Origin: Chrysemys picta bellii
Taxonomy: Eukaryota
Direction: 5' to 3'
Assembly (NCBI RefSeq): GCF_011386835.1
Contig: NC_088802.1
Location: 50,592,001-50,656,000, forward strand
DNA: 64,000 bases
A program made the translations under genes and the position numbers. Of the stretch, positions 39,568 to 51,841 are shown piece after piece. The notes below the pieces were generated by a model that worked only from the letters and a program-made list of their open reading frames with translations, was not told the origin of the DNA and made no database searches. Numbering within the stretch: the first letter of the stretch is position 1; each line of letters starts with the position of its first letter.

Positions 39568-41805
39568 CTCTTTTAGGGGTTTAAATAAAATGGCAAACTA
39601 ACTTTTACAGCGACTTACAATTGCTGGCCTAACCAATTCTTTTAACACCTGTTATTTATTCCTTTATCTTTTAACATCTCACATTTATATAGGTCAATTA
39701 CCAACTAAGAGCAATATCCAGTAATGCTTGCATAGGCAAAACTCCCACTGATTTGCTTGCTTCACTTATTAATCAGTGAGTATGTGCATGTTTAAGATGC
39801 CTGAAGAACTGGCAATATATTTTATAGCAACCACAACTACTGAATTTTGCCGTTTGTATTACTGTGCCCTGTGAAGTTTAGATGAGCTGTTTTATTTATA
39901 AACTATTACTTCTGCTATTAGCAGAGTGCAAACAACACTGGGCAGAAACCTGGTAGCTGCCTACCAAGAACACTTAGCACCTACATATTGTCATGTCAAG
40001 GGCTCGCAGAATCCTGTCCGGTTCTTATGCAGTGGAATAGCATTAGTTCCACTGCAAGAGTCCTTCCACAATCACAAGACTGGTTTAGAAGAGGGGAAGG
40101 GTATTTGCCCACTAAAAATCAAGACGCCAACCAGAAATTATTAACTCTATTCCTAGGGACATGACAACACTCATTTCCTACCTCCCTAATCCTTTCACCT
40201 GGGTGAAAAGCACTGTACATAATAACTGCCTATAATGTTCTTTTTCTGCTGAAATAAGACAACTATGCAACTTCTTCATTCTTATTAGCAAATTTGCCAT
40301 TAAATACTATTTTACAGAGCAATTTAAGGTATACAAGCTTCAGATCTGAGCAGTTTCACTGCTCCAGTCCTATTTTTCAGATTATTTTAAGGTTTTCTCC
40401 TCCAGGTTTCTATCTGAAAATAGCCCCACTCTTATGGCAATGTGAAGGCACCACGTTAGGACAACCTATTATAAACTATTAAAAATAAACTATAGTAACA
40501 TGACACATTTAACAAGGGACATCCATACTTTCATTTGATATGCTCAAATTACTGATCAAGTCATTTTTAAAGACACATTTATCTCTTCTGTTCTATTCTT
40601 TTTCCTCCTCCCACCTTCAGAATAAACAGACTTCTTTCCTAGCTGTTCCTGAACAGAAGTAAACAAGAACAGTCATCTTAAAGAAAGCCCCAACATAATC
40701 TTAAAACTTCCAATCTTAGCAGAGCAACTAGAATGACTTTCCTATCCTCACACATGCTATATTTCCGGGTAAGAAGGCAGACAGAGTAGTTCTCCACAGA
40801 GCTCACAGTGCTGCTGTCACCGATTTTGCTGCAGGCAGACCTGTGCATAGCCACTAGCCAAGTGTAAACCATTACTGTTGGATCATGAGATACCTAATAA
40901 GCTTTTTAGACATTTGTCTTTAGCGTAAGAACCATAGGATACAGGAGAATACTTGATTTTTCATCTCATATTAAATCAACTACTTGGTCAATTGACAACA
41001 GGCCGCACCACATTTAAAAGGTACTGCATAAATCAGTTCATGGTTGAGAGCTCTGAAAACTGACCAGAATAATGTGCTAACATAACAATAAAGCTTTGAT
41101 TTTTAGAAAACGAAGTGATCTTTTGATAATAATTATATGGCTTGTTTTCCAAAAGCTTAAATGTTAACAAATTACTGACAGCTGTAAATCAAAATATTTC
41201 CTTAATTTATTACTGTTTTTAATGGACATAAATATAAATATTGAGACTCTAGATCTGAATGCCAAGATCTGAATATTAAGTACTTTTAGTCCATTTTTAG
41301 TTTACTTCCTCGTTTCCAAATGTGCTTGAGAAACCTGATCACATATCTTATAAAATTAATGAACTTTATTTGCCAGAAAAAAACAAGCCACAAATGAAAG
41401 CCAAAAAGGCAGCATTTATTTCACTTCAAGAAGCGAACAAGGAAGGCCAAAAAGAAACTGAACAAGCTGTTGGTGATTTGAACAGCAATGGATCCTAAGT
41501 AATTAAAGGAACATAGCTAAGCTATTTGCAACACCTATTAGGTTACAGTCATAGTCCCAGAAGTTAGTAACAACTTTATTTAACTAAAAATACAAATAAG
41601 ATGGCTGGGAGCGAGGCTCCTGGGTGGGATGAAAAGACTAAAAGTGATTTGTGAAGAACTAAGTTACTGTTGTAAACCCACTGAATGTCGTCACCAGGGG
41701 ATGAGAGGTCCCTAAAGCCTTCCGAACAGAGACACTATGAACCCTTGCAACCCTTTGGACCCTAACTGCTGCTGTGGGATGCCACTCATTGTGTAGACGT
41801 ACCCA

Positions 41806-42225
41806 AAATGGGCTATCACTGAGTAATTTCGACACTACTTGTATGGTGCTCAATTTCACGTGTGGACAGACAATAATCCACTGATTTCTGTGTTAACAAG
41901 TGCCAATCCGGGTGCTACAGGGCAGAGATGGGTGGCCGCCTTGGTTATCTACAAGTGGCTGTCTTGACTAGCTATGAGTTCAGCATTCAGTACCAAAAAG
42001 GTAAAAGCACTATAGATGAGGATGCGTTGTCTCAGGATCAGGTTTCAGAAGTGGCTGTGATTCCTACAAAGGGAGTGAGAGTTATTTGCATTGTGAGCCA
42101 CCAAGAGTCAAAGGTCCAGGGCAGTCTTCATGGTTGTGCTGCAGAAACGTTGGATCTCCATTCTAAAAGTGTAACATTAGCTTCAGTGAACTATACTGCG
42201 TTAAACCAATCTCCATTGACAGAGC
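41806..42225 (+). pseudogene. Gypsy/Ty3 pol fragment (RNase H and downstream linker), with a stop and a frameshift
   Basis: Translates KWAITE*FRHYLYGAQFHVWTDNNPLISVLTSANPGATGQRWVAAL, then in another frame YEFSIQYQKGKSTIDEDALS; these are Gypsy RNase H motifs (TDNNPL, ADALS). Confidence 0.88.
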
Positions 42226-42386
42226 TCACCATGAACTGAACCTCACTCGCTCAACACTGGGTATTGATGCCAAACCCAAGAGACAGGTAGAGGGGGAGAA
42301 GAGACAGGTGTTGCTACCTGGTGGTGTGAACTCTACAAGTAACTTTACTCATGTGAGTAGACAGAGAAGTTAGCTTTCTTGTCTTT

Positions 42387-42621
42387 ATTCATGTTTGGCT
42401 AATTAGACTGGGTCTTAGTTCATCAAATTAAACCTCTTTTGCATGGTGTGTGCAGTGGTGGGGTATTTTAAAGGTCAGACTCTAGTATTTTAGAAATCTC
42501 CTATGCCCTGACAAACTATTCAGAAGAGTCTGAACTTTAAAATATCTCACCACTAAATACATCATGCAAAACAGGTTTCATCTGATGAACTAAGTTCCAG
42601 TCTAATTAGTCAAACATGAAT
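42387..42621. repeat. 235-bp fold-back: 97-bp arms, 84/97 identical without gaps, 41-nt spacer
   Basis: Hand alignment of 42387-42483 against the reverse complement of 42525-42621. Confidence 0.92.
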
Positions 42622-42975
42622 GAAGGTAAACAGGTGAGTCAGAAAAACACATCCTTTGCAAAATACTTACTGATAACCAAGAAGTCCTTCAAAAGCCTGG
42701 AACATCCTTTGATATTAACCTAGAATATTTTATTCAAGCAAAGTAACGAATACTAGTTCATCAGCACTCTAACGCAGAATATTTATGCCTTGCAAATCTG
42801 TTTAACACAGGAACAAAGCTCATGATTCCACGAAAGAAAAAAGATATATTTCCACAAAGTAAATGTTATTGTGACATTTGTTGTGTGCTATTTAATGTTT
42901 ACATTTGATATGTGACTACATGAATTGAAGCATTCAGAGAATCAGGGCACTGAGCCAAAGAAACACCAACACGGA

Positions 42976-43760
42976 TGTTGTCAGACACTCCCGGTGTGGT
43001 GCTCTGCTCTGTTCAATGTTGATATCAATCGGCTGCGTGCGTGTGTTCCCTCTGTGTGCTGCCCCAGCTCCGTGCAGATAGCTGACACAGCAGACCCCAA
43101 GAGAACCCCCAATGACCACAGACTCTAGTAAGGTACAAAGGCACGTCGGCCAGGTTTATTGCCTTTAGAGATACACAGTCTTCAGCTCCCCGGCAAACAA
43201 AGTCCAAGGTGCTGCTAGCCAGTACATATGTGCTCCCTTGACAATGGACTGAGCTCAGTCAGTGGCGGGACTTTCCACTGCCCCCTAGGCTGGACAAAGA
43301 CATCCACTCAGGGGTGCATTCTTATACACAGGTACAAACAAGTTACACATCACTCCTGACGTATTGAGGTTCAACCCCTCTACGTAGCAAGGTACAAACC
43401 TTCTACGTAGCAAGGTACCACCTCTCACCTTGTACATGTTGGTTTGAACAAAACAACTCTATCCATCATATTACCTGTTTGGCCCCGTCATTGGGATGGT
43501 TCAGCCTGTTTCTTGTTATCTGTGTGGAATGTGCAAGTATTGGAGCGTTCGGATATCTAGTGTTCAGTACCTTTTAGGTATGTCTCTACTTGCAGCATCA
43601 GCCCTTTCCTTCCCAGCTTCTGTGAGCAGGGCCTGCCTCTGGCTCACAGCTTAACTTTGCTTTATATTAGGAAGGTCTTGACCGTTACTTTAGTTCAGGC
43701 CTCAAGCCTCATACTGGGCCTCTAATAAGGGTTTATGTTTCAGGGCCTCATCTTACTACA
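42976..43760 (-). mobile_element. Solo LTR (785 bp), probably Gypsy
   Basis: TGTTGT ... ACTACA termini; 5-bp TSD ACGGA/ATGGA differing by one CpG-type transition; minus-strand AATAAA at ~43156; internal duplication of CTACGTAGCAAGGTAC. Confidence 0.88.
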
Positions 43761-46022
43761 ATGGATATGCTTTCCTCTTCCTCAGTCTGTCTTCACTTGC
43801 CCTGTCTTTTTTCATGTTAATAAGGGCATTTTTGTCAGGCATTTTTGTGTAAATGAATAAAGATAAATCATAGGAACTTCTCAAGTTTTTGAGACAGTCA
43901 TAATATTCCACAAGTTAACAAATCCAAGTTTTTGCTTTAGGGCAACCATATTTTACTTAGAAGCTAAATTTGCAATCTAAATATACTTTAAACTCAATTT
44001 ATGTTTCCCTGTGTTTAAATTAATTAATTTGATGGGCTGCACATAGCATGTGCTCGGCTGTGCTGTTAAAATGCTTGCACTAATCACAAAAGTGATATTA
44101 TAAGACATCATCTAACAAAACTATGCATTCCTGTACCAATACTCTATTAGCCTGCAATAAAATGAAAAATGAAAATACAAGATTCCATCTGTTCATTTTT
44201 CTAATTATAACAGTCAGAAAAGCACAAAAGGACAAACCAATGAAGGGAATAACAAACTATTCTCTTGACATAATGAGGAATTTCAAGCTCTTGATAATAA
44301 TACTCTAATAAGGGCCTGTTTATCAGATGCTGGCCTCCCCCTGTGTGCATTAAACTTTTGCACATAGACAAACTAGCATGCACACTTCTGGGGCATCCAA
44401 AAAAACAACTTATGTACAACTTCTATAATCTTTCCATACACATATTAGAATCTTAAAACTATGCATGCAATTTGCAGCCCATAGGGGGGAAAAGAAATCA
44501 GTAAGAGTCCCTGGTTAAGGATGATAGGCATAAAACTTTACATATAGCTCCACAGTAGTTTCAACCCTCATTTCATTTCTCCTGTCACAATAGCTTTGTG
44601 CAAAGAAATCTGCAAGGGTTTCTTAGATGGAAAAGGTGGGAGGAAGAGGAGGGGGCGGGATGGGGAGAAGGAGCAAGAGAAACTACAGAACAGCAGGATG
44701 CTACCGACACAAGCCTAGCCAAGCCCTTCCGTGGAGAATTTTGGGTCACTAGAGCCTCATGACCATCAAACTAGTGGCTCCTCCCCTAACGGTTCATTCC
44801 TCGCCTAATTGGGACCTCACAAAGTTTCCTTCCAGAATGCAGAGATAGTGACCCCACTTGACTGCTCACAAATACCCTCCTATCCCCCCTTGGAAGACTA
44901 AAGTGGGGCTTAAATAGGGAAGAGAGCCTTGTGGGCCTTTGTCAATTGAATTTCATCTTCAGCAATGTTCTGAAGTCTTTTAATAAATATACCCCTTTCA
45001 CCTGCGATAAACCCTACATAAAAGGAGTATGGGTGTTTGCACAAATGAAGTGTGACCACAAAAAAACCACACCAACCAACACTGACTCATAACCAAGGAG
45101 GAAGTCAACACCACTGTACAAACAAACATATTAAGCTCCATTTCACTGGAAATGCTTATGTATTGCTCCTTAAGTATACAGCATATACTGATAATACAGC
45201 AGCGCTCATGTTTTGTCATTTGAAAGGAGATGAGGAGACCTTCTCTACAAGGGATCTTCCCTGGATTTTCCCCCCCTCCCTGCAAATGCCTGACATTTGT
45301 TGCAATCTGATTCATTCCCAAATTTTTTAATAAAAAGTTTCCTTTTCAGAAATATTGTTCTGAGTCCCAGGGATGAGTCATTTCAGTTAGGTATAATTTG
45401 ACACGCTGTAGGTGAACCCTGTCAGAGTAAAGTGAAATCTGCCCTCCTAAATCACATCTCAATACATGGTCAACACATACATAAAAATGTTATGGTGGAA
45501 TTTTAACAAGGGGCTTCTAAGAGGACACTCCAGCACACCTATGCCTCGATGTACAAGGTAGTTACATAATGAAGGTGTATCCTGTATTACAGGGTAAGCA
45601 TTTATTGTGCTGACGCAGGAGAATTTTTAAAATTTCCATCTCAATTTGGAAAATAATTTTTCAAAATACTAAAATGCAATAGTACACATGTAGGTTCAGA
45701 AGAAAAAAAAGACAGAGCTAAAATTTTTTGCCTCCTTCGCAAAATCAAAACCAAACACATAATTCACTGCTCAGTTCATACGGTGTGGGAAGTGGTAACC
45801 TGCAGCAAATATTTAACAAATTTTAAGCCCTAAAAATCTGGTTTATAGTGGACATGCTGATACAGCTTTAACAACAGTAGCTCAAAGTAACTGGTACTCA
45901 TGACTATGCTAAGATCATTTTTCAGTACAGTACATTCATATATAAAATCACTCAACTTCATAAAATGCTACATAGTTACTAAAAATTGGGAATACTGTGC
46001 AGCAAAAAAGGTGTGCGTGTGT

Positions 46023-46024
<2 letters not shown>

Positions 46025-46054
<30 letters not shown>
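46025..46054. repeat. (AC)15 microsatellite on the left flank of the hAT element
   Basis: Read directly from the sequence. Confidence 0.95.
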
Positions 46055-46060
<6 letters not shown>

Positions 46061-46422
46061 GGGCTGTCAATCACAGTTACCTCATGTGATTAACTAAAAA
46101 AATTAATCGCGATTAAAAATGTTATCACGATTAATCGCACTTAACAACAGAAAAACAATTGAAATGTATTAAATTTTTTGGATGTTTTTCTACATTTTCA
46201 ATATTGATTTCAATTACAACACAGAATACAAAGTGCACAGTGCTTACTTTATATTAATATTTTTGGTTACAAATATATGCACTGTAAAAATGATAAAAGA
46301 AATCGTATTTTTCTATTTACCTCATACAGGTACTGAAGTGTAATCTCTTTATTGTGAAAGTGCAATTTACAAATGCAGATTTTTTTTTTCGGTTACATAA
46401 CTGCACTCAAAAACAAAACACT

Positions 46423-46615
46423 GGCCTTGGCTTCACTTGGCAATTTACAGCGCTGCCGCAGCGCTGTGAAGCGCGAGTGTAGTCGCACCGCCAGCGCAGC
46501 GAGAGCTCTCTTGCAGCGCTGTAAGTACTCGACCTCTCCGCTCGGGGGGGGGGCGTTTTCACACCCCTGAACGCAGCAAGTTGCAGTGCTGTACAGCGCC
46601 AGTGTAGCCAAGGCC
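46423..46615. mobile_element. Harbinger-like MITE (193 bp) nested in the hAT element
   Basis: TIRs GGCCTTGGCTTCACT ... AGTGTAGCCAAGGCC; CAGCGCTG palindromic units; CpG-rich inside an AT-rich host. Confidence 0.85.
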
Positions 46616-46989
46616 AGTGTAAAACTTTAGCGCCTACAAGTCCACTCAGTCCTACTTCTTATTCTCCCAAATGCTAAGACAAACAAGTTTATTTACATTG
46701 ACAGGAGATACTGCTGCCTGCTTATTTATGTCATCTGAAAGCGAGAACAGACATTTGCATGGCACTTTTGTAGCCAACATTGCAAGGTATTTACATGCCA
46801 GATATGCTAAATATTCGTATGCCCCTTCCATGCTTCGGCCACCATTCCAGAAAACATGCTTCCATGCTGATGATGCTCGTTAAAAAAATAATGCATCAAT
46901 TAAATTTGTGACTGTACTTCTTGGGGGGAGAACTGTATGTCTCCTGCTCTGTTTTACCCACATTCTGCATATATTTCACATTAAGGATG

Positions 46990-47510
46990 ATGACCCAGCA
47001 CATGTTCATTTTAAGAACACTTTCACAGCCAATTTGACAAAACGCAAAGAAGGTACCAATGTGAAATTTCTAAAAATAGCTACAGCACTCGACCCAATGT
47101 TTAAGAATCTGAAGAGCTGTCCTAAATCTGAGAAGGATGAGGTGTGGAGCATGATTTCAGAAGTCTTAAAAAAGCAACACTCCCATGCGGAAATTACAGA
47201 ACCCGAGCCACCAAAAAAGAAAATCAACCTTCTTCTGCTGGTGGCATCTGACTCAGATAATGAAAATGAACACGCGCTGCTTTGGATCGTTATCAAGCAG
47301 AACCCATCATCAGCATGGACGCATGTCCTCTGGAATGGTGGCTGAAGCATGAAGGGACATATGACTCTTTAGTGCATCTGGCACGTAAATATCTTGCAAC
47401 GCCAGTTACAACAGTGTCATGCCTGTTCTCACTTTCAGGTGACATTGTAAATAAGAAGCAGGCAGCATTATCTCCTGCAAATTGTAACCAACCTTGTTTG
47501 TCTTAGTGGT
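46990..47510 (+). pseudogene. hAT transposase C-terminal remnant including the hATC dimerisation domain, frameshifted
   Basis: KIATALDPMFKNL (the ALDPRFK motif), then in another frame DRYQAEP...CPLEWWLKHEGTYDSLVHLARKYLATPVTTVSCLFSLSGDIVNKKQAALSP. Confidence 0.9.
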
Positions 47511-47881
47511 TGGCTGACCAAGAAGTAGGACTGCGTGGACTTGTACACGCTAAAGTTTTACACTGTTTTATTTTTGAATGCAGTTTTTTTGTACATAATT
47601 CTACATTTGTAAGTTCAACTTCCAGGATAAAGAGATTGCACAACAGTACTTGTATGGGGTGAACTGAAAAATACAATTTTTGTTTTTACAGTGCAAATAT
47701 TTGTAATAAAAATAAATATAAAGTAAACACTGTACACTTTGTATTCTGTGTTGTAATTAAAATAAATATATTTAAAAATGTTGTAAACATCCAAAAATAT
47801 TTAAAATAAATGGTTTTCTATTGTTGTTTAGTGCATGATTAATGGCACGAAAAAAAATTTTAATCGCTTGACAGCCCTAAT

Positions 47882-47909
47882 ACACACACACACACACACA
47901 CACACACAC
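47882..47909. repeat. (AC)14 microsatellite on the right flank of the hAT element
   Basis: Read directly from the sequence. Confidence 0.95.
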
Positions 47910-48953
47910 CTCTATACATCAGTAATACACACGCACAGAAAGAGAATGACAACTCAGGATAAACAAATGAAGTGGGTAAACATCTCTGAATATAATAAGC
48001 CATTACTCAAATGTGGTTCAGGATCCCTAAAAAGCTAAGTTCAGTGAATGACATAAATTATACCTACATAAGTGGTAGTATGTACAAGCCCTAAGGGTGT
48101 GAGATCTTGCACTACTGAAACCAATGGCAGTTTTGCCACTGAATTTAACAGGCGCACATCAAACCACAAATTTCTTGGGTTTCTTTAAAAATCCTAGCCT
48201 AAATGTCTATTCAATTTCAGAAAGGCTTTATTCCAGTTTTGTGTAGTCCATCAGTTGAAATGTGTACCTCAAAGATGATTTTGGAGGGATATTTTTGTTG
48301 TTTTCTTCTTCTGCATTATCCAATGCATTCCCAAGGCTTGCTACAGAGACTTGCCCAATTAATTACATTTTATTAAAAGGTCATGTTACCCACTGAAGGC
48401 TTCCAACTAAAAACACTATTCTGGCTCTAATCAATCATTAAAATATGACTTCATTCCAAAATTAATAGTAACCCCTCCCAGGGTCCTGATTTAAAAAAAA
48501 ATGCAATGAGCTTGGGTAAAGGGAAAATAAAAAACATTTTAATACTTTTTAAAAAAAAATATTAGAAGAATCACAGTTACAAAAGTTATTATTGAGGATA
48601 AGTCTTCAGCGTTAACCAAGTTTGAACCATGTAAGCAGAACTGCCAAAGACATGGCTGAAACCCATTATCCAGCTAAGAAAATTCTACTCTTCCCTGCTT
48701 CTCCGAGGGAAAAAAAGAGAGGTTTTCCCCAACATACTGAGATTTTTATTACTGATTCAAAACAAGCAGAAATTCTGTTCCTTAGGTTTGGCTGTCATAA
48801 AAATTACAGTAATTCCTTAAAGACATTTCAAGCATGGGGGAAATGGCATTCAGAGAGCCTATTTCATGGAGAGAATACTTGTAGCTTCAGAAGTGGGAAA
48901 GGTATGAATAATATAAAATGAGAGCAATCAATCAATGAAATCACTGAAATTTT

Positions 48954-49041
48954 TATATATATATAAATATATAATACACATATATATATATATATATATA
49001 GTGAATGGATGTCTATATATGGATGTTTATATCTATATATA
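48954..49041. repeat. Imperfect (AT)n low-complexity tract
   Basis: Read directly from the sequence. Confidence 0.9.
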
Positions 49042-49760
49042 TAAATTAAATTGTGAATGGATTCATCACATTTATAGTGTATTTAAAAAATAAACGCTTT
49101 CCAAAACAGAAGAGAGCCAGCAAAAATGAACTCGGAGGTAAATCCAATAGCATTGCAATAGTAAGCGGAACCCATTCAGCATCTTCATACAATGTTGCTC
49201 TAACTTCTGAAAACTAAGCCCCGTTTTAGGAAAATGAAACCAATTGCACCCAACAACCCAGCAGTGCAAACCTGCCATGAGCTTAAAGTAGGTCAGAAAT
49301 ATTAAGGCGGCTCAGGTGAGCAGCTCTTGAAAATAAGCTGAACCAGACATTAAAGTATACTTCAGCAAACAGTATAAGATTTAAAAAACATTTCTTTTGA
49401 GCTTTAAAGGATCTGTTGTACTAATGATAACCATTTACAAAGACTTTTCAAACTAAATCAACTTAACTGTTGCTCTGGGAATAAGACTAAGATTTATGAT
49501 GCCACAAAACAATGAACCCTTTTTATACTGCGAGCTTAATGTCATTATAAATTATTCTTTTCTGTCCACAAAGCACTTATAAGCACCTGTGATGATGTAT
49601 TAATATTAAAAAAAACCCACTAAATATACTAATGGATGCATTGACTCTACAAGACAAGCTCTTTGGTGTGGCAGATCCAGTAGTATTAAAAAACGGTGAC
49701 CCAAAAGGGAAAACTAATAAAAAAGGAAGATAAAACGGGTCAAAGATGAGCTCACCATCT

Positions 49761-50480
49761 AACAGATGTCCCCAAAGAAAACTCGTAGATATACCTCCAC
49801 TGATATGATCATCACCCCCCACAACATAAATTTCAAGATCCATGGGTCCCATAGGTGCTGGCACTAGGGGTGCTGCCGCACTCGCTGACTTGAAGTGGTT
49901 TCCATCATATACAGGGTTTACAGTTTGGTTCAACGGCTCTCAGCACCCCCACTGTACAGATTGTTCCAGCACCCCTGATGGGTCCTACCCAAGCCTATCA
50001 CAACAGGTGGTATACCTCATCCAGGCACTAAATGACGCAACAATAATTATGTGGGTGAAATCAGAGACAATCACTAGGCTCTCTAATGAACTCCCATAAA
50101 AAATTATTTAAAAAACAAACAAACCCATAACAGTGGGTGAATACTTTTCCCAAAGTGATCACTCTATCTGGCCTATGAGCCCTCATCCTCAAAGGAAACC
50201 TGCAGAACACCTTCAAAAGACCAGCCTGGGAGCGTACATTCATAACGTGCTAGATGCTAAAAATCACAGACTGAATGAGACACAGGATTTATGGCTGATT
50301 ACAACAATCTATAACCCACTTAAATTGTCCCCAGCTTTGCTGGGGTTTTTTGCCTTTCACCTCTATGACTAGTCAGGTGTTGATGGGCTATTTCACCTTG
50401 AATGGTACCTTAAAGTATGTATGAACTTCCTATGCTAAACAATCTGTTCCACCTTGTATTTAGCTGTGACACTCTCAATA
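49761..50480 (+). pseudogene. Penelope-like element 3' portion: decayed GIY-YIG endonuclease plus 3' UTR, split by a hAT MITE
   Basis: After removing the MITE and allowing frameshifts: ..FKIHGS..LSQQVVYLIQ..YVGE..VGEYFSQSDHS..LILKGNLQNTFKRPAWE..LDAKNHRLN..DTGFMADYNNL*; VVYLI..YVGE is the GIY-YIG signature of Penelope elements. Confidence 0.85.
49850..49977. mobile_element. hAT MITE (128 bp) nested in Penelope
   Basis: Perfect 8-bp TSD ATGGGTCC at 49842-49849 and 49978-49985; imperfect TIRs CATAGGTGCTGG ... CCAGCACCCCTG. Confidence 0.9.
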
Positions 50481-51414
50481 CATCTACACTGCAATTAGGC
50501 AGACTCAGATAAGACCATCTGAAAAGTATATTTCTTTTAATAGCTAATCTGTTGTGGAAATAGCCTGCATCTGAGTATCCAGGAGATCACATGAACTCTG
50601 GACTGGGAGCAGGTAACCATAATCTACAGGCACTTTCACTGATATGCTTTGTGTTAAAGAAACCAGTACAAAAATCTCCCCATACAGTAGCTCTTCAGTA
50701 TCCTCCTGAGATCTCCCACTCTCCAGTTCCATCTCTCCCTACATGTCATTCCACGCATTTCTCAAATTTCAGTCTTTTTTTGTGTTCTGATCCTGTTTCT
50801 CAACAATAAGTAGCAGATCCTTGTCCCATCCTGGTTCCATATCAAAAATATGCTCCTTGATCTTTAAAATCCCATCTCAAAGCCTAACTTTTTTCCCTGA
50901 TCTATGACCGCTAGTGATCTAAAAATTCCACTCCTTCAGCCTCCCAGAATCCTTTTGTTCAGTATTAGTGAAACTTGCCACAAAAGCTTTTAGGGTAACA
51001 TAAAACAGGCATAAAAAAAAGTATGCTAAAACAGAAGGCTTAAAAACAATTATTCCACATTATCTGCGTTACACTTTCCATGTACAAGAATTTTGCTACC
51101 TGCCATTTTTAGTGAACATTATTCTAAATGAATCAATAAACTGGAAAACATAAGTGCATTACAAATCAGCTTTATTTTCACAAAACATCTTCTTCTGTTT
51201 AGACAAGATGACTATTAAGGTAAAAAGCACAGTTCAAAGATGTACTTATTTTACTACAGTATAATTATTTAATCTGTACTACCTTCCCTTAATAAAATAT
51301 ACCATTTAAAATGAGGATATAGTATAATAGAAGGAATAAATATGCAGTAAAAGCTGTGTTATCTTGCCCTCTACCAACCAGAAAGCTCTATAAACCACCA
51401 TTTCTAATCTTCAT

Positions 51415-51841
51415 AGAGAGGCCAGTTTACAGTCCAGTTGGTGCGGGGCCAGCAGGCTCCCCTAGCTGGCTCTGCGTGGCTCCCCAGAAGCGACGACATG
51501 TCCCTGCTGCTCCTAGGCAGGGGAACAGCCACAAAGGTTTTGGAGTGCGGGAAGAGGTGCGGGGCTGGGGGTTGGGATGCAGAAGAGGGTGCAGGGCAGG
51601 GGCTCTGTGAGGGACGTTGAGGCACGGGAGCGGTTTCAGGGTGCTAGATCCAGGCAACGCTCACCTCGGGTGGCTCCCCACAAGCGGCAACCTGTCCCTG
51701 ATGCTCCTAGGCGGAGGCGCAGCTAGGCAGCTCTGCCTGCTACCTCCATCTGCAGGCATCACCCCCGCAGTTCCCATTGGCTGCGGTTCCCAGCCAATGG
51801 GAGCTGCGGAGCCAGCGCTTGGGGCGGGGCAGGAGCAGAGC
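51415..51841. mobile_element. Internal fragment of a GC-rich non-autonomous hAT-type element
   Basis: Shares GACATGTCC, CTCCTAGGC and (C)CAATGGGAGCTGC motifs with 19123-20024 and 56039-57005; no termini seen. Confidence 0.65.

Larger units (their letters stand above)
46059..47879 (+). mobile_element. Internally deleted hAT DNA transposon (~1.8 kb)
   Basis: 12-bp perfect TIRs TAGGGCTGTCAA ... TTGACAGCCCTA; subterminal TTAATCGC repeats at both ends; carries a transposase C-terminal remnant. Confidence 0.92.

Noticed and set aside
44640-44960. GC-richer block that might be a DIRS or LTR fragment
   Set aside because: No termini, TSD or protein motif; it cannot be assigned from sequence alone.
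49072-49278. Frames such as EVRATLYEDAEWVPLTIAMLLDLPP considered as an exon or endogenous viral fragment
   Set aside because: No motif from hepadna-, parvo-, circo- or bornaviral proteins that I can recognise, and no donor site.
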